Below, piece after piece: positions 1 to 6,431 of a stretch of 7,009 nt of DNA; the stretch's first letter is position 1; every line of letters begins with the position of its first letter. The translations under genes and the position numbers were made by a program. The notes beneath the pieces are model-generated. The model made no database searches and was not told where the DNA came from. It worked only from the letters and a program-made list of their open reading frames with translations. This DNA is from a virus (Duplodnaviria; Heunggongvirae; Uroviricota; Caudoviricetes): the IMG/VR virus record IMGVR_UViG_2690316166_000010; one strand, written 5' to 3'.

Positions 1-299
1 TTAACTTCAATCTTACTGAACATCGGGAACGTCACCCCCCATGTGGTGGTACAGTAAGTTTTAATCTCTTCATCGCTGCCCGGTTCTTGTTCCAGAAACT
101 GGTTGCACGGGAATCCCAGCACCACAAAACCTCGATCGGCCCAGGCTTTCTGAATATTCTCCAACTGCTCATATTGCGGCGTTAAGCCACACTTTGAGGC
201 GACATTGACAATCAACAGCACATTACCGGCGTACTTCTCCAGCGTGGTCACTTCACCGTCGATATCTTTCACTACGGTCGTCAGAATGGAATCTTGCAT
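1..299 (-). CDS. btuE: Glutathione peroxidase BtuE, N-terminal ~99 codons; gene continues beyond the left window edge
   Basis: Reverse complement of 1..299 translates from ATG (complement of 297..299) as MQDSILTTVVKDIDGEVTTLEKYAGNVLLIVNVASKCGLTPQYEQLENIQKAWADRGF..., which I recognise as E. coli BtuE. AGGAG Shine-Dalgarno (complement of 305..309) lies 5 nt upstream. Confidence 0.9.
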   Translation of the reverse strand, partial: MQDSILTTVVKDIDGEVTTLEKYAGNVLLIVNVASKCGLTPQYEQLENIQKAWADRGFVVLGFPCNQFLEQEPGSDEEIKTYCTTTWGVTFPMFSKIEV

Positions 300-361
300 C
301 GTTTCTCCTGGGTGTGGTCAGTAAAAATCTTAGCTTTTAATCATAGACCGTCTTTTTGCGG

Positions 362-1342
362 CTAACGTCCTGCTTTTAACAATAACCAGATAAACACCGG
401 CGCACCCAACGTTGCGGTGACCACGCCAATAGGCAGCTCTGCGGCAGCTAATGCCAGGCGCGCTACAATATCGGCCAGCAGCACTGCGCTCGCCCCTGCC
501 AGCGCGCAGCCGGGAAGTAATACGCGATGATCGGTTAAACCACACAACCGAAGAATATGTGGGATCACCAGACCAATAAAGCCGATAGCACCCGCCAGCG
601 CCACACTGACGCCAACCATCCAGCCGGTCGCTGCCACCAGCACATTGCGCCAGAACCACAGGGGTAAACCCAGTTGCCGCGCCGAGATCTCGCCAAGTGC
701 TAACATATTCATCGGCCTGGACTGACAACAGATCCACAACAACACGGGGATCAATGCCAGCATCAGCCAGCTTTGCCGCCAGTCTACGCCGCCAAAACCG
801 CCCATCATCCAGTACATCAGCTGACGTAAATCAACAGAGGTGGAAAAGTAGATAGCCCACGTCATTAGTGCGCTACAGATAATCCCTAATGCAACGCCAG
901 CCAGCAATAACCGACTGGTCGAAAGATGACGACGGGCGAAACGTAAGAGTATTAAAGTGATGATAAGCGCGCCAGCAATCGCACACAGCCCTAGCGCCCA
1001 GTTGGGGAGTTGCCCTTGCCCAAGCAATACCGCGGCGATAAGCCCCACGCCTGCGCCGTTAGAGACGCCAAGTAGTCCAGGTTCTGCCAGAGGATTTTCA
1101 AACAACGCCTGCATTACAGCGCCGGATATAGCCAGCGCCGCACCAACCAGCAATACAGCCAGCGTACGTGGCAGGCGAATTTGCCAGACGAACAGTTCGC
1201 CACGAGGAGTAAACCAGTCACCTGGCGAAATCCATTGTTCACCGGCGCAAAGGCTTAAGAGAAGCGCCAGCAGCATCAAAACTGACAGGCATAATAACCA
1301 GCGAATATTTTGTCGCTGTTGTTGGCGGGCAAGTGTCAGCAT
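362..1342 (-). CDS. btuC: Vitamin B12 ABC transporter permease BtuC (326 aa)
   Basis: Six-frame ORF 362..1342 (-) translates as [44 protein letters not shown]...LLLKAGR, which I recognise as E. coli BtuC. Highly hydrophobic polytopic membrane protein; sits directly upstream of btuE as in the btuCED operon. Confidence 0.95.
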   Translation of the reverse strand: MLTLARQQQRQNIRWLLCLSVLMLLALLLSLCAGEQWISPGDWFTPRGELFVWQIRLPRTLAVLLVGAALAISGAVMQALFENPLAEPGLLGVSNGAGVGLIAAVLLGQGQLPNWALGLCAIAGALIITLILLRFARRHLSTSRLLLAGVALGIICSALMTWAIYFSTSVDLRQLMYWMMGGFGGVDWRQSWLMLALIPVLLWICCQSRPMNMLALGEISARQLGLPLWFWRNVLVAATGWMVGVSVALAGAIGFIGLVIPHILRLCGLTDHRVLLPGCALAGASAVLLADIVARLALAAAELPIGVVTATLGAPVFIWLLLKAGR

Positions 1343-1398
1343 GGTATCCGTTCTGCTGAAGTGTCATGGCGTTGATTTTACGGTGACTCTTCGACAGT

Positions 1399-1425
1399 GA
1401 AAAGAAAAAAGGCCGCAGAGCGGCC
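1399..1425 (-). terminator. Rho-independent terminator acting on leftward (minus-strand) transcription
   Basis: Perfect inverted repeat GGCCGC (1411..1416) / GCGGCC (1420..1425) with 3-nt loop. On the minus strand it is followed by TTTTTTCTTTTC (complement of 1399..1410). Lies downstream of the minus-strand ORF ending at 1535 and upstream of the btuC start. Confidence 0.7.
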
Positions 1426-1534
1426 ATAAACACAAACAAAAATCAATAAGTTAGGTAATTATCAAAGACTTACAGACACACAAAAACACAGCCAACCACA
1501 ACAAATAACAGAGATGTGGTCAATTTGTGGATCA

Positions 1535-2089
1535 TCAGCCAACAAATTTAGCAACAAATACAGCAACCGCCGCTGTGAAAATGGTTGTGCACACTGGCAC
1601 AATAATGCCACTCCAACGCCACTTCGTATTATCATCAACCTTGTCAAACCGCCGATTCATCTCATCCATAATCTTGTCAAAGCGTTTATCCATCGCTTCG
1701 GTAAGCTCACCCTTCAGGCTGTTAATGTCTGATTTGAGCTGCTCTTTCAGGTTAGCTGTATCAGATTTAAGCTCACCTTTCAGATTCGCAATATCGCATT
1801 CAAGATCACCTTTCAGATGTGCTATGTCTGCTTTGAGTTCACCTTTCACCTCACCAACATCGGCTTTAGTTGAGAGGTTTGTAGTGCGTTCAGCAAGCGT
1901 CGCAAGGTCGTTTCTTGTTAGCGATAAATCACCTTCGAGCCGCTCAATTCGCCTTTCAAGTTTATCTGACATTCCGCCTCCACTACTGCCGCCATCGCCA
2001 CCATGATAAAGCACATCACGCTCAGAATGCGACACACTACCTGCTGAATTACCGAAAAGATTTCTTGCTACATTACCCATTATCACCAT
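1535..2089 (-). CDS. Tail-anchored coiled-coil protein with five 11-residue (hendecad) repeats and a C-terminal transmembrane helix; hypothetical prophage cargo protein
   Basis: ORF 1535..2089 (-). N-terminal Gly-rich stretch (GGDGGSSGGG), then consecutive 11-aa units (VKGELKADIAH / LKGDLECDIAN / LKGELKSDTAN / LKEQLKSDINS / LKGELTEAMDK), then C-terminal hydrophobic segment WSGIIVPVCTTIFTAAVAVFVAKFVG. A more likely start is ATG at complement of 1970..1972 (MSDKLERR...), preceded by GGAGG (complement of 1977..1981) with 4-nt spacer, giving 145 aa. Terminator downstream at 1399..1425. Confidence 0.65.
   Translation of the reverse strand: MVIMGNVARNLFGNSAGSVSHSERDVLYHGGDGGSSGGGMSDKLERRIERLEGDLSLTRNDLATLAERTTNLSTKADVGEVKGELKADIAHLKGDLECDIANLKGELKSDTANLKEQLKSDINSLKGELTEAMDKRFDKIMDEMNRRFDKVDDNTKWRWSGIIVPVCTTIFTAAVAVFVAKFVG
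1705..1869. repeat. Five imperfect tandem copies of a 33-bp unit inside the coiled-coil CDS
   Basis: Units at 1705..1737, 1738..1770, 1771..1803, 1804..1836 and 1837..1869 share a conserved core CTTTCAG(G/A)T and GATTT(G/A)A ends (e.g. GCTCACCTTTCAGATTCGCAATATCGCATTCAA). Each encodes one 11-residue protein repeat on the minus strand. Confidence 0.85.
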
Positions 2090-2333
2090 CCTGCGCTTTG
2101 TCTTTCTCCAACCACTTCAGCACCGCAGACGTACGATAAAGGCTCAGGTAACCACAATTCAGGCAATGCAGCGTGTAATAAGTTTTGCGCATATCAGGTA
2201 TGCTCTTAACATCACCCAAAAAAGCATAAGATACATAATGCTTTATGTTCTCTTTAATTAACTCACTCTGTTCCTCCAGGGGTAGATTGTTAAAATTTTC
2301 TGGTTTCTTATTTTTATCCCAGCAAAGATCCAT
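2073..2333 (-). CDS. Hypothetical protein, 86 aa if it starts at the visible ATG; the true 5' end may lie in the masked region
   Basis: Minus-strand reading frame open from the N-run down to stop TAA (complement of 2073..2075): MDLCWDKNKKPENFNNLPLEEQSELIKENIKHYVSYAFLGDVKSIPDMRKTYYTLHCLNCGYLSLYRTSAVLKWLEKDKAQDGDNG. AT-rich DNA. Its 3' end overlaps the 2089 start of the coiled-coil gene, suggesting an operon. No convincing Shine-Dalgarno at the visible ATG (2331..2333). Confidence 0.35.
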   Translation of the reverse strand: MDLCWDKNKKPENFNNLPLEEQSELIKENIKHYVSYAFLGDVKSIPDMRKTYYTLHCLNCGYLSLYRTSAVLKWLEKDKAQDGDNG

Positions 2334-3156
2334 ACTTTCTGGAACAGATAATCNNNNNNNNNNNNNNNNNNNNNNNNNNNNNNNNNNNNNNNNNNNNNNN
2401 NNNNNNNNNNNNNNNNNNNNNNNNNNNNNNNNNNNNNNNNNNNNNNNNNNNNNNNNNNNNNNNNNNNNNNNNNNNNNNNNNNNNNNNNNNNNNNNNNNNN
2501 NNNNNNNNNNNNNNNNNNNNNNNNNNNNNNNNNNNNNNNNNNNNNNNNNNNNNNNNNNNNNNNNNNNNNNNNNNNNNNNNNNNNNNNNNNNNNNNNNNNN
2601 NNNNNNNNNNNNNNNNNNNNNNNNNNNNNNNNNNNNNNNNNNNNNNNNNNNNNNNNNNNNNNNNNNNNNNNNNNNNNNNNNNNNNNNNNNNNNNNNNNNN
2701 NNNNNNNNNNNNNNNNNNNNNNNNNNNNNNNNNNNNNNNNNNNNNNNNNNNNNNNNNNNNNNNNNNNNNNNNNNNNNNNNNNNNNNNNNNNNNNNNNNNN
2801 NNNNNNNNNNNNNNNNNNNNNNNNNNNNNNNNNNNNNNNNNNNNNNNNNNNNNNNNNNNNNNNNNNNNNNNNNNNNNNNNNNNNNNNNNNNNNNNNNNNN
2901 NNNNNNNNNNNNNNNNNNNNNNNNNNNNNNNNNNNNNNNNNNNNNNNNNNNNNNNNNNNNNNNNNNNNNNNNNNNNNNNNNNNNNNNNNNNNNNNNNNNN
3001 NNNNNNNNNNNNNNNNNNNNNNNNNNNNNNNNNNNNNNNNNNNNNNNNNNNNNNNNNNNNNNNNNNNNNNNNNNNNNNNNNNNNNNNNNNNNNNNNNNNN
3101 NNNNNNNNNNNNNNNNNNNNNNNNNNNNNNNNNNNNNNNNNNNNNNNNNNNNNNNN

Positions 3157-3776
3157 ACACGGCGCTGCTCCAGTGCCGCTACCTCGCCCCATCGCGCCCC
3201 GGTCGACAGAAGGATTTCGACGGCCAGCCGTTCATCGGGATTTTCAGCCAGTGCATCCAGCAACTGAACACATTCAGACTTACTCAGATATCCCATTTCA
3301 CGCTCGTTAACCTTCATTCCTTTAAGGCCTTGAACGGGGTTATCGTTAAGAAAATGGCCGGATGAGATGAGTGCGGTAAACATCGCGCTTAACGCCCCAA
3401 TCTCTCGATTTATGGTGCTGGGCTGTATCCCCTGCTCTATCCTGGACACACGTAGCTCGGTGAGCATCGTTGTATTAAGTTTATGCACGCACGGGTCATC
3501 CATTGCCTCACTCAAGCGCAGCAATTTAAGGCGCGTGTTATGCCCTGACTTCATTAGCTGGCCGTGGTATTTCCACCACAAGTCAATAAGCACTGACAGC
3601 GGACGGCGATCAATGGAGTTTCCTTTCCACTCATTGTTATGCTGTTGCGCCAGCACCCACCGCTCATATAAAACTGCATCCGATTTCGTTTTAAATTTTT
3701 TGCGAATGCGTTTGCCTTTACGCCCCTCAGGACGCATGTCAAGAAGATACCCTCCCGGAATTGATTTTATGCTCAT
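3157..3776 (-). CDS. int: P2-like phage integrase (tyrosine recombinase), N-terminal ~206 codons visible; 3' end hidden in N-run 2354..3156
   Basis: From ATG at complement of 3774..3776 the frame reads MSIKSIPGGYLLDMRPEGRKGKRIRKKFKTKSDAVLYERWVLAQQHNNEW...LSTGARWGEVAALEQRR. This closely parallels the phage P2 integrase N-terminal region as I recall it (GRKGKRIRKKF, DDPC, QGIQPSTINRE, LSTGARWGE motifs). The 617-aa six-frame ORF is a chimera across the N-run. Confidence 0.85.
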
Positions 3777-3825
3777 TCGTGAAGCCCCAGCGTTACAAGA
3801 CCACCATGCCCCCAGCGTTCCATGA

Positions 3826-4137
3826 TTAGCCGGGCTGTGTGCCAGTCTTGCGGGATTTTTGAGAAGACGATGTGTTTTCTGGCCCATCAGGGGAGAGAGA
3901 AGGACTGATCTGCCCAGCAGCCTCATTTGTTTCGTTACTCATCAACCACGTAGTGTATTTTTTAAATTCCGGGTGCATTGTGATTTTCAGTAAAACCTCC
4001 GTTCCCACACCTCGAATACCAGTCTCGTATTGCTTAACCGTACCAACCGCAATACCTATTGAATCCGCGAACTTTGCCTGACTAAGCCCCTCAGATTCTC
4101 GAATTGCTTTTAGCTTCTTTGATATCTCTATTGACAT
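3826..4137 (-). CDS. C: P2 C-like immunity repressor (103 aa, helix-turn-helix)
   Basis: ATG at complement of 4135..4137, preceded by AGGTG (complement of 4144..4148). Product MSIEISKKLKAIRESEGLSQAKFADSIGIAVGTVKQYETGIRGVGTEVLLKITMHPEFKKYTTWLMSNETNEAAGQISPSLSPDGPENTSSSQKSRKTGTQPG resembles the P2 C repressor as I recall it (FTKYTLWFMTNQ...GQIAP...SGQKTG) in length and motifs. Position between int and a divergent cox-like gene fits. The six-frame ORF start at 4239 is an upstream extension. Confidence 0.8.
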   Translation of the reverse strand: MSIEISKKLKAIRESEGLSQAKFADSIGIAVGTVKQYETGIRGVGTEVLLKITMHPEFKKYTTWLMSNETNEAAGQISPSLSPDGPENTSSSQKSRKTGTQPG

Positions 4138-4232
4138 GGTGTGCACCTGAATACTATATTGGTTATCAGTTGAGTACCACTTGACGCTACAAAGAGCCAC
4201 AAATAGCACCAGATTGAATAGGTTATCACACC
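4138..4232. promoter_or_regulatory. Divergent switch region between the repressor and cox-like genes (candidate Pc/Pe promoters and operators)
   Basis: 95-bp intergenic region between divergently oriented repressor (start 4137, -) and cox-like gene (start 4233, +). Contains direct repeats TATTGGTTATCAG (4157..4169) and AATAGGTTATCAC (4217..4229) sharing the 8-mer GGTTATCA. TTGACG -35-like hexamer at 4181..4186 (+). TATAGT -10-like hexamer on the minus strand (complement of 4153..4158). Hexamer assignments are tentative. Confidence 0.55.
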
Positions 4233-4511
4233 ATGGCAAAAGTCCTTAACACATACGAACAAGCGGATTTTGAGCGTTTGGCGGCGTTCTACCCATACCG
4301 TAATGAACATGGGCTACCGGTACTTGAAGAAAGCCTAGAGGATTATGCGAAACGCACAAATCAAAGCATTCTCGCTGTAAGAAGGCAGGCTGATAGATCG
4401 GTAATTCCCGTTACTCAAGAAGGAAGAAACACAAAACGCAAAGTAAATCTCTTCGCAATTTTCCTGAAAACCATCAGAAACGCAGAGAAATACGTGCAGA
4501 TGACAAAATAA
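4233..4511 (+). CDS. cox: Cox/Apl-like excisionase and transcriptional regulator (92 aa)
   Basis: First gene of the rightward operon, divergent from the repressor as in P2 and 186. Product MAKVLNTYEQADFERLAAFYPYRNEHGLPVLEESLEDYAKRTNQSILAVRRQADRSVIPVTQEG... The segment YAKRTNQSILAVRRQADRSVIPV resembles the DNA-binding region of P2 Cox as I recall it (FAKLIGKSTGAVRRMIDKGKLPVI). Confidence 0.6.
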   Translation: MAKVLNTYEQADFERLAAFYPYRNEHGLPVLEESLEDYAKRTNQSILAVRRQADRSVIPVTQEGRNTKRKVNLFAIFLKTIRNAEKYVQMTK

Positions 4512-4525
4512 CGAGGTGTCATTTT

Positions 4526-5036
4526 ATGCTGAAGCAACGCCGTAATTTTTGTACCGGAACAGAACGCCACGCTAACCGTTTCACTACCAGTGCATCACGC
4601 AGCAACATCCGCTACAGCCTGAGTGATACACACGCAACGCCGGATGGCTACCCAGTAAAACAAATCGGCGAGCACGCCTGGCTGATTGAGAAAGCTGGAA
4701 TCGTGATCCACAAATGCCCACGCAATCCGTTTACCGGAAACCGCATTTTTGCACTGAGCTGTGGCGACAATCAGTTCGGGCAGGATTTCACATTATACGA
4801 AGCACTTCGCACGGTTGATCGTCTGCTTCGCGGGCAAAGTTTTATTAAACAGGCTGATNNNNNNNNNNNNNNNNNNNNNNNNNNNNNNNNNNNNNNNNNN
4901 NNNNNNNNNNNNNNNNNNNNNNNNNNNNNNNNNNNNNNNNNNNNNNNNNNNNNNNNNNNNNNNNNNNNNNNNNNNNCTTCGCACGGTTGATCGTCTGCTT
5001 CGCGGGCAAAGTTTTATTAAACAGGCTGATTTATAA
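4526..5036 (+). CDS. Hypothetical early-operon protein, interrupted by N-run 4859..4976; about 112 aa if the flanking 54-bp repeat is a gap artefact
   Basis: ATG 4526 preceded by GAGGTG about 8 nt upstream. Frame open to the N-run: MLKQRRNFCTGTERHANRFTTSASRSNIRYSLSDTHATPDGYPVKQIGEHAWLIEKAGIVIHKCPRNPFTGNRIFALSCGDNQFGQDFTLYEALRTVDRLLRGQSFIKQAD. The same final 18 codons recur after the gap, followed by L and stop TAA (5034..5036). Several Cys/His residues; no family recognised. Confidence 0.5.
4805..5030. repeat. Perfect 54-bp direct repeat flanking the 118-nt N-run
   Basis: 4805..4858 (CTTCGCACGGTTGATCGTCTGCTTCGCGGGCAAAGTTTTATTAAACAGGCTGAT) is identical to 4977..5030. The N-run lies exactly between the two copies. 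Confidence 0.9.
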
Positions 5037-5046
5037 CAGGTGCTTT

Positions 5047-5334
5047 ATGACCAAAGACAATGCACAAGGTGTATTTATCCGTTTTATTGATTTTCGCGGT
5101 GAACTGTTATTACGTGCATCCGCTATTGACGGAGTGACTCCGGCGGGTAAAAACGGAGCCGACGAAGCCACTTACGTTTATCTGAACGGCACGCGACTGC
5201 TTGTGGAACTTCCGTACCAGACCGTACGAGAAATCATCAGCGAAGATGAAAAGGCACGCCAGGTTAATGGCGATGAACCCTATATCGAAATTATTTGTAT
5301 GGATTCAGAAGCTGAAATACAGAAAGCAGATTAA
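5047..5334 (+). CDS. Hypothetical early-operon protein (95 aa)
   Basis: ATG 5047 preceded by AGGTG (5038..5042) with 4-nt spacer; stop TAA 5332..5334. Product MTKDNAQGVFIRFIDFRGELLLRASAIDGVTPAGKNGADEATYVYLNGTRLLVELPYQTVREIISEDEKARQVNGDEPYIEIICMDSEAEIQKAD. The six-frame ORF start at 4987 is an upstream extension. No family recognised. Confidence 0.6.
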   Translation: MTKDNAQGVFIRFIDFRGELLLRASAIDGVTPAGKNGADEATYVYLNGTRLLVELPYQTVREIISEDEKARQVNGDEPYIEIICMDSEAEIQKAD

Positions 5335-5345
5335 AGGGCGTTGTG

Positions 5346-5588
5346 ATGGGCAAAGAATATAAAACTCTCATTAACAAAGCACTTGAGCGTTTTTATTTTC
5401 GCTTAAGTGCATCAGGCGCTCATGCTGAACGTGCGGCCCGTGACTCATTGACCAGAGCAATCCGAAGTCTGTATGACGTGGCTTTTTACGCTGATGATCT
5501 GGATGCACTTAACGAACTTTCCGAGCTGATCTGTGCCGCAGAATGCGGGGAACATATTGAACCGTATAAGCTGGGAAATATCGCATGA
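5346..5588 (+). CDS. Hypothetical early-operon protein (80 aa; alternative GTG start at 5343)
   Basis: ATG 5346 with AGGG 7 nt upstream; stop TGA 5586..5588. Product MGKEYKTLINKALERFYFRLSASGAHAERAARDSLTRAIRSLYDVAFYADDLDALNELSELICAAECGEHIEPYKLGNIA. Same strand and close spacing as neighbouring genes. Confidence 0.55.
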   Translation: MGKEYKTLINKALERFYFRLSASGAHAERAARDSLTRAIRSLYDVAFYADDLDALNELSELICAAECGEHIEPYKLGNIA

Positions 5589-5698
5589 GTATATTTATTT
5601 CATGGCTTGTTCTGATTATTTCGGTGGTCTGCGCCATTGGGATTATGCGAATTATTAATTCAGTAAAAAAGATTGAACGCTTTTTCACTGAAGAATAA
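5585..5698 (+). CDS. Small hydrophobic single-pass membrane peptide (37 aa), absent from the supplied ORF track
   Basis: ATG 5585..5587 overlaps the upstream stop TGA 5586..5588 (ATGA coupling). Product MSIFISWLVLIISVVCAIGIMRIINSVKKIERFFTEE, stop TAA 5696..5698. One hydrophobic helix followed by a charged tail. Confidence 0.45.
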   Translation: MSIFISWLVLIISVVCAIGIMRIINSVKKIERFFTEE

Positions 5699-5784
5699 CC
5701 GCGCAAATAAGACCCCAGGTTAAATAAGAAAATGTGAAAACAATCCGCATTCGCGGAGGTATTCGCACACGCCAAGGAGGCGTA

Positions 5785-5988
5785 ATGGCAATTAAGCATT
5801 TTCCTGTCGTTCGTTTCACCTCCAGAGGACGTGAATACGAAGTTGACGAACGCCTGATTACCACAATCGACAAACACCGTTCAGAAAAGGATGCACATCA
5901 TATCTATCTCACTGACGGCACTTACTTCTGCGCCACCAACGTGGTGCAGGTGAATCTTATCAGACAGGTACAGGAGTCACGCAGATGA
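5785..5988 (+). CDS. Hypothetical early-operon protein (67 aa)
   Basis: Strong Shine-Dalgarno AAGGAGG (5774..5780) with 4-nt spacer before ATG 5785. Product MAIKHFPVVRFTSRGREYEVDERLITTIDKHRSEKDAHHIYLTDGTYFCATNVVQVNLIRQVQESRR. Stop TGA 5986..5988 overlaps the next start (ATGA). The six-frame ORF start at 5734 (GTG) is an upstream extension. Confidence 0.65.
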   Translation: MAIKHFPVVRFTSRGREYEVDERLITTIDKHRSEKDAHHIYLTDGTYFCATNVVQVNLIRQVQESRR

Positions 5989-6157
5989 CCATTCTGGACT
6001 ACATCGCTGCCAATCCGGGTTGTAGCAGTGGAGAAATCGCCGCAGCACTGAATACACCAACCACAACCATTAATGCGGAGCTACGCCGTCTCTGGCGCAG
6101 CGGTTTAGTCACAAGAAAAGAGCGCAAAACAGGCGGTCGCTTTTCTTATCAGGTAAA
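5985..6157 (+). CDS. Putative winged-helix DNA-binding protein, N-terminal 57 codons visible; 3' end hidden in N-run 6158..6405
   Basis: ATG 5985 with AGGAG (5972..5976) 8 nt upstream. Product MTILDYIAANPGCSSGEIAAALNTPTTTINAELRRLWRSGLVTRKERKTGGRFSYQV has the helix-turn-helix-wing pattern typical of MarR/winged-helix domains (pattern-based, not searched). Confidence 0.5.
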
Positions 6158-6431
6158 NNNNNNNNNNNNNNNNNNNNNNNNNNNNNNNNNNNNNNNNNNN
6201 NNNNNNNNNNNNNNNNNNNNNNNNNNNNNNNNNNNNNNNNNNNNNNNNNNNNNNNNNNNNNNNNNNNNNNNNNNNNNNNNNNNNNNNNNNNNNNNNNNNN
6301 NNNNNNNNNNNNNNNNNNNNNNNNNNNNNNNNNNNNNNNNNNNNNNNNNNNNNNNNNNNNNNNNNNNNNNNNNNNNNNNNNNNNNNNNNNNNNNNNNNNN
6401 NNNNNACATCTGTAACAAGAGGATTGCCGCA

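Noticed and set aside
330-1400. ORFs 330..737 (-) and 957..1400 (+) overlapping btuC
   Set aside because: Alternative-frame and antisense shadows of the recognised btuC coding sequence, with Ser/Pro/Ala/Arg-rich composition typical of off-frame reads of GC-rich genes.
1239-1647. Small minus-strand ORFs 1239..1439 and 1462..1647
   Set aside because: The first overlaps the btuC start and the terminator hairpin; the second overlaps the 3' end of the coiled-coil gene in another frame. Neither has a ribosome-binding site or a recognisable product.
1705-1869. 33-bp repeats as a possible CRISPR array
   Set aside because: The units are contiguous with no spacers, are imperfect, lie inside a coding sequence and encode in-frame peptide repeats. 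No cas genes or leader are present.
1514-2139. Plus-strand ORFs 1514..1732, 1527..2006 and 1915..2139 opposite the coiled-coil gene
   Set aside because: The Ser-rich repetitive translation is what the antisense strand of the 33-bp repeats would give. The minus-strand reading has a coherent coiled-coil plus membrane-anchor architecture, a GGAGG site and a downstream terminator in the correct orientation.
2245-3267. Plus-strand ORF 2245..3267 and minus-strand ORFs 2258..3160 and 2314..3192
   Set aside because: Almost entirely composed of N translated as X; no real sequence support.
3367-3825. Plus-strand ORF 3367..3825 and minus-strand ORF 3554..3742 inside the integrase
   Set aside because: Antisense or off-frame relative to the integrase reading, which is recognised from its motifs.
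2073-3926. 617-aa minus-strand ORF read as a single protein
   Set aside because: It spans the 803-nt N-run, which translates as X without stops. The recognisable integrase begins at the internal ATG (3776) and should end inside the gap; the post-gap part is a different, AT-rich ORF. The 50 codons upstream of 3776 overlap the repressor 3' end and have no start context.
4153-4158. TATAGT on the minus strand as the repressor promoter -10 hexamer
   Set aside because: Good hexamer, but only about 5 nt upstream of the repressor Shine-Dalgarno, so the start site would fall inside or just before it. Kept only as a tentative note in the switch-region feature.
3872-4310. ORFs 3872..4081 (+) and 4128..4310 (-)
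   Set aside because: The first is antisense to the repressor gene. The second spans the switch region and the cox-like start in the opposite orientation and would bury the divergent promoter region.
4793-4984. Minus-strand ORF across N-run 4859..4976
   Set aside because: Artefact of N translation and antisense to the early operon. The plus-strand ORF 4761..5036 is the post-gap duplicate read in a shifted frame.
5509-5877. Minus-strand ORFs 5509..5877 and 5685..5873
   Set aside because: Antisense to the rightward operon and overlapping the strong AAGGAGG-driven gene at 5785; no start context.
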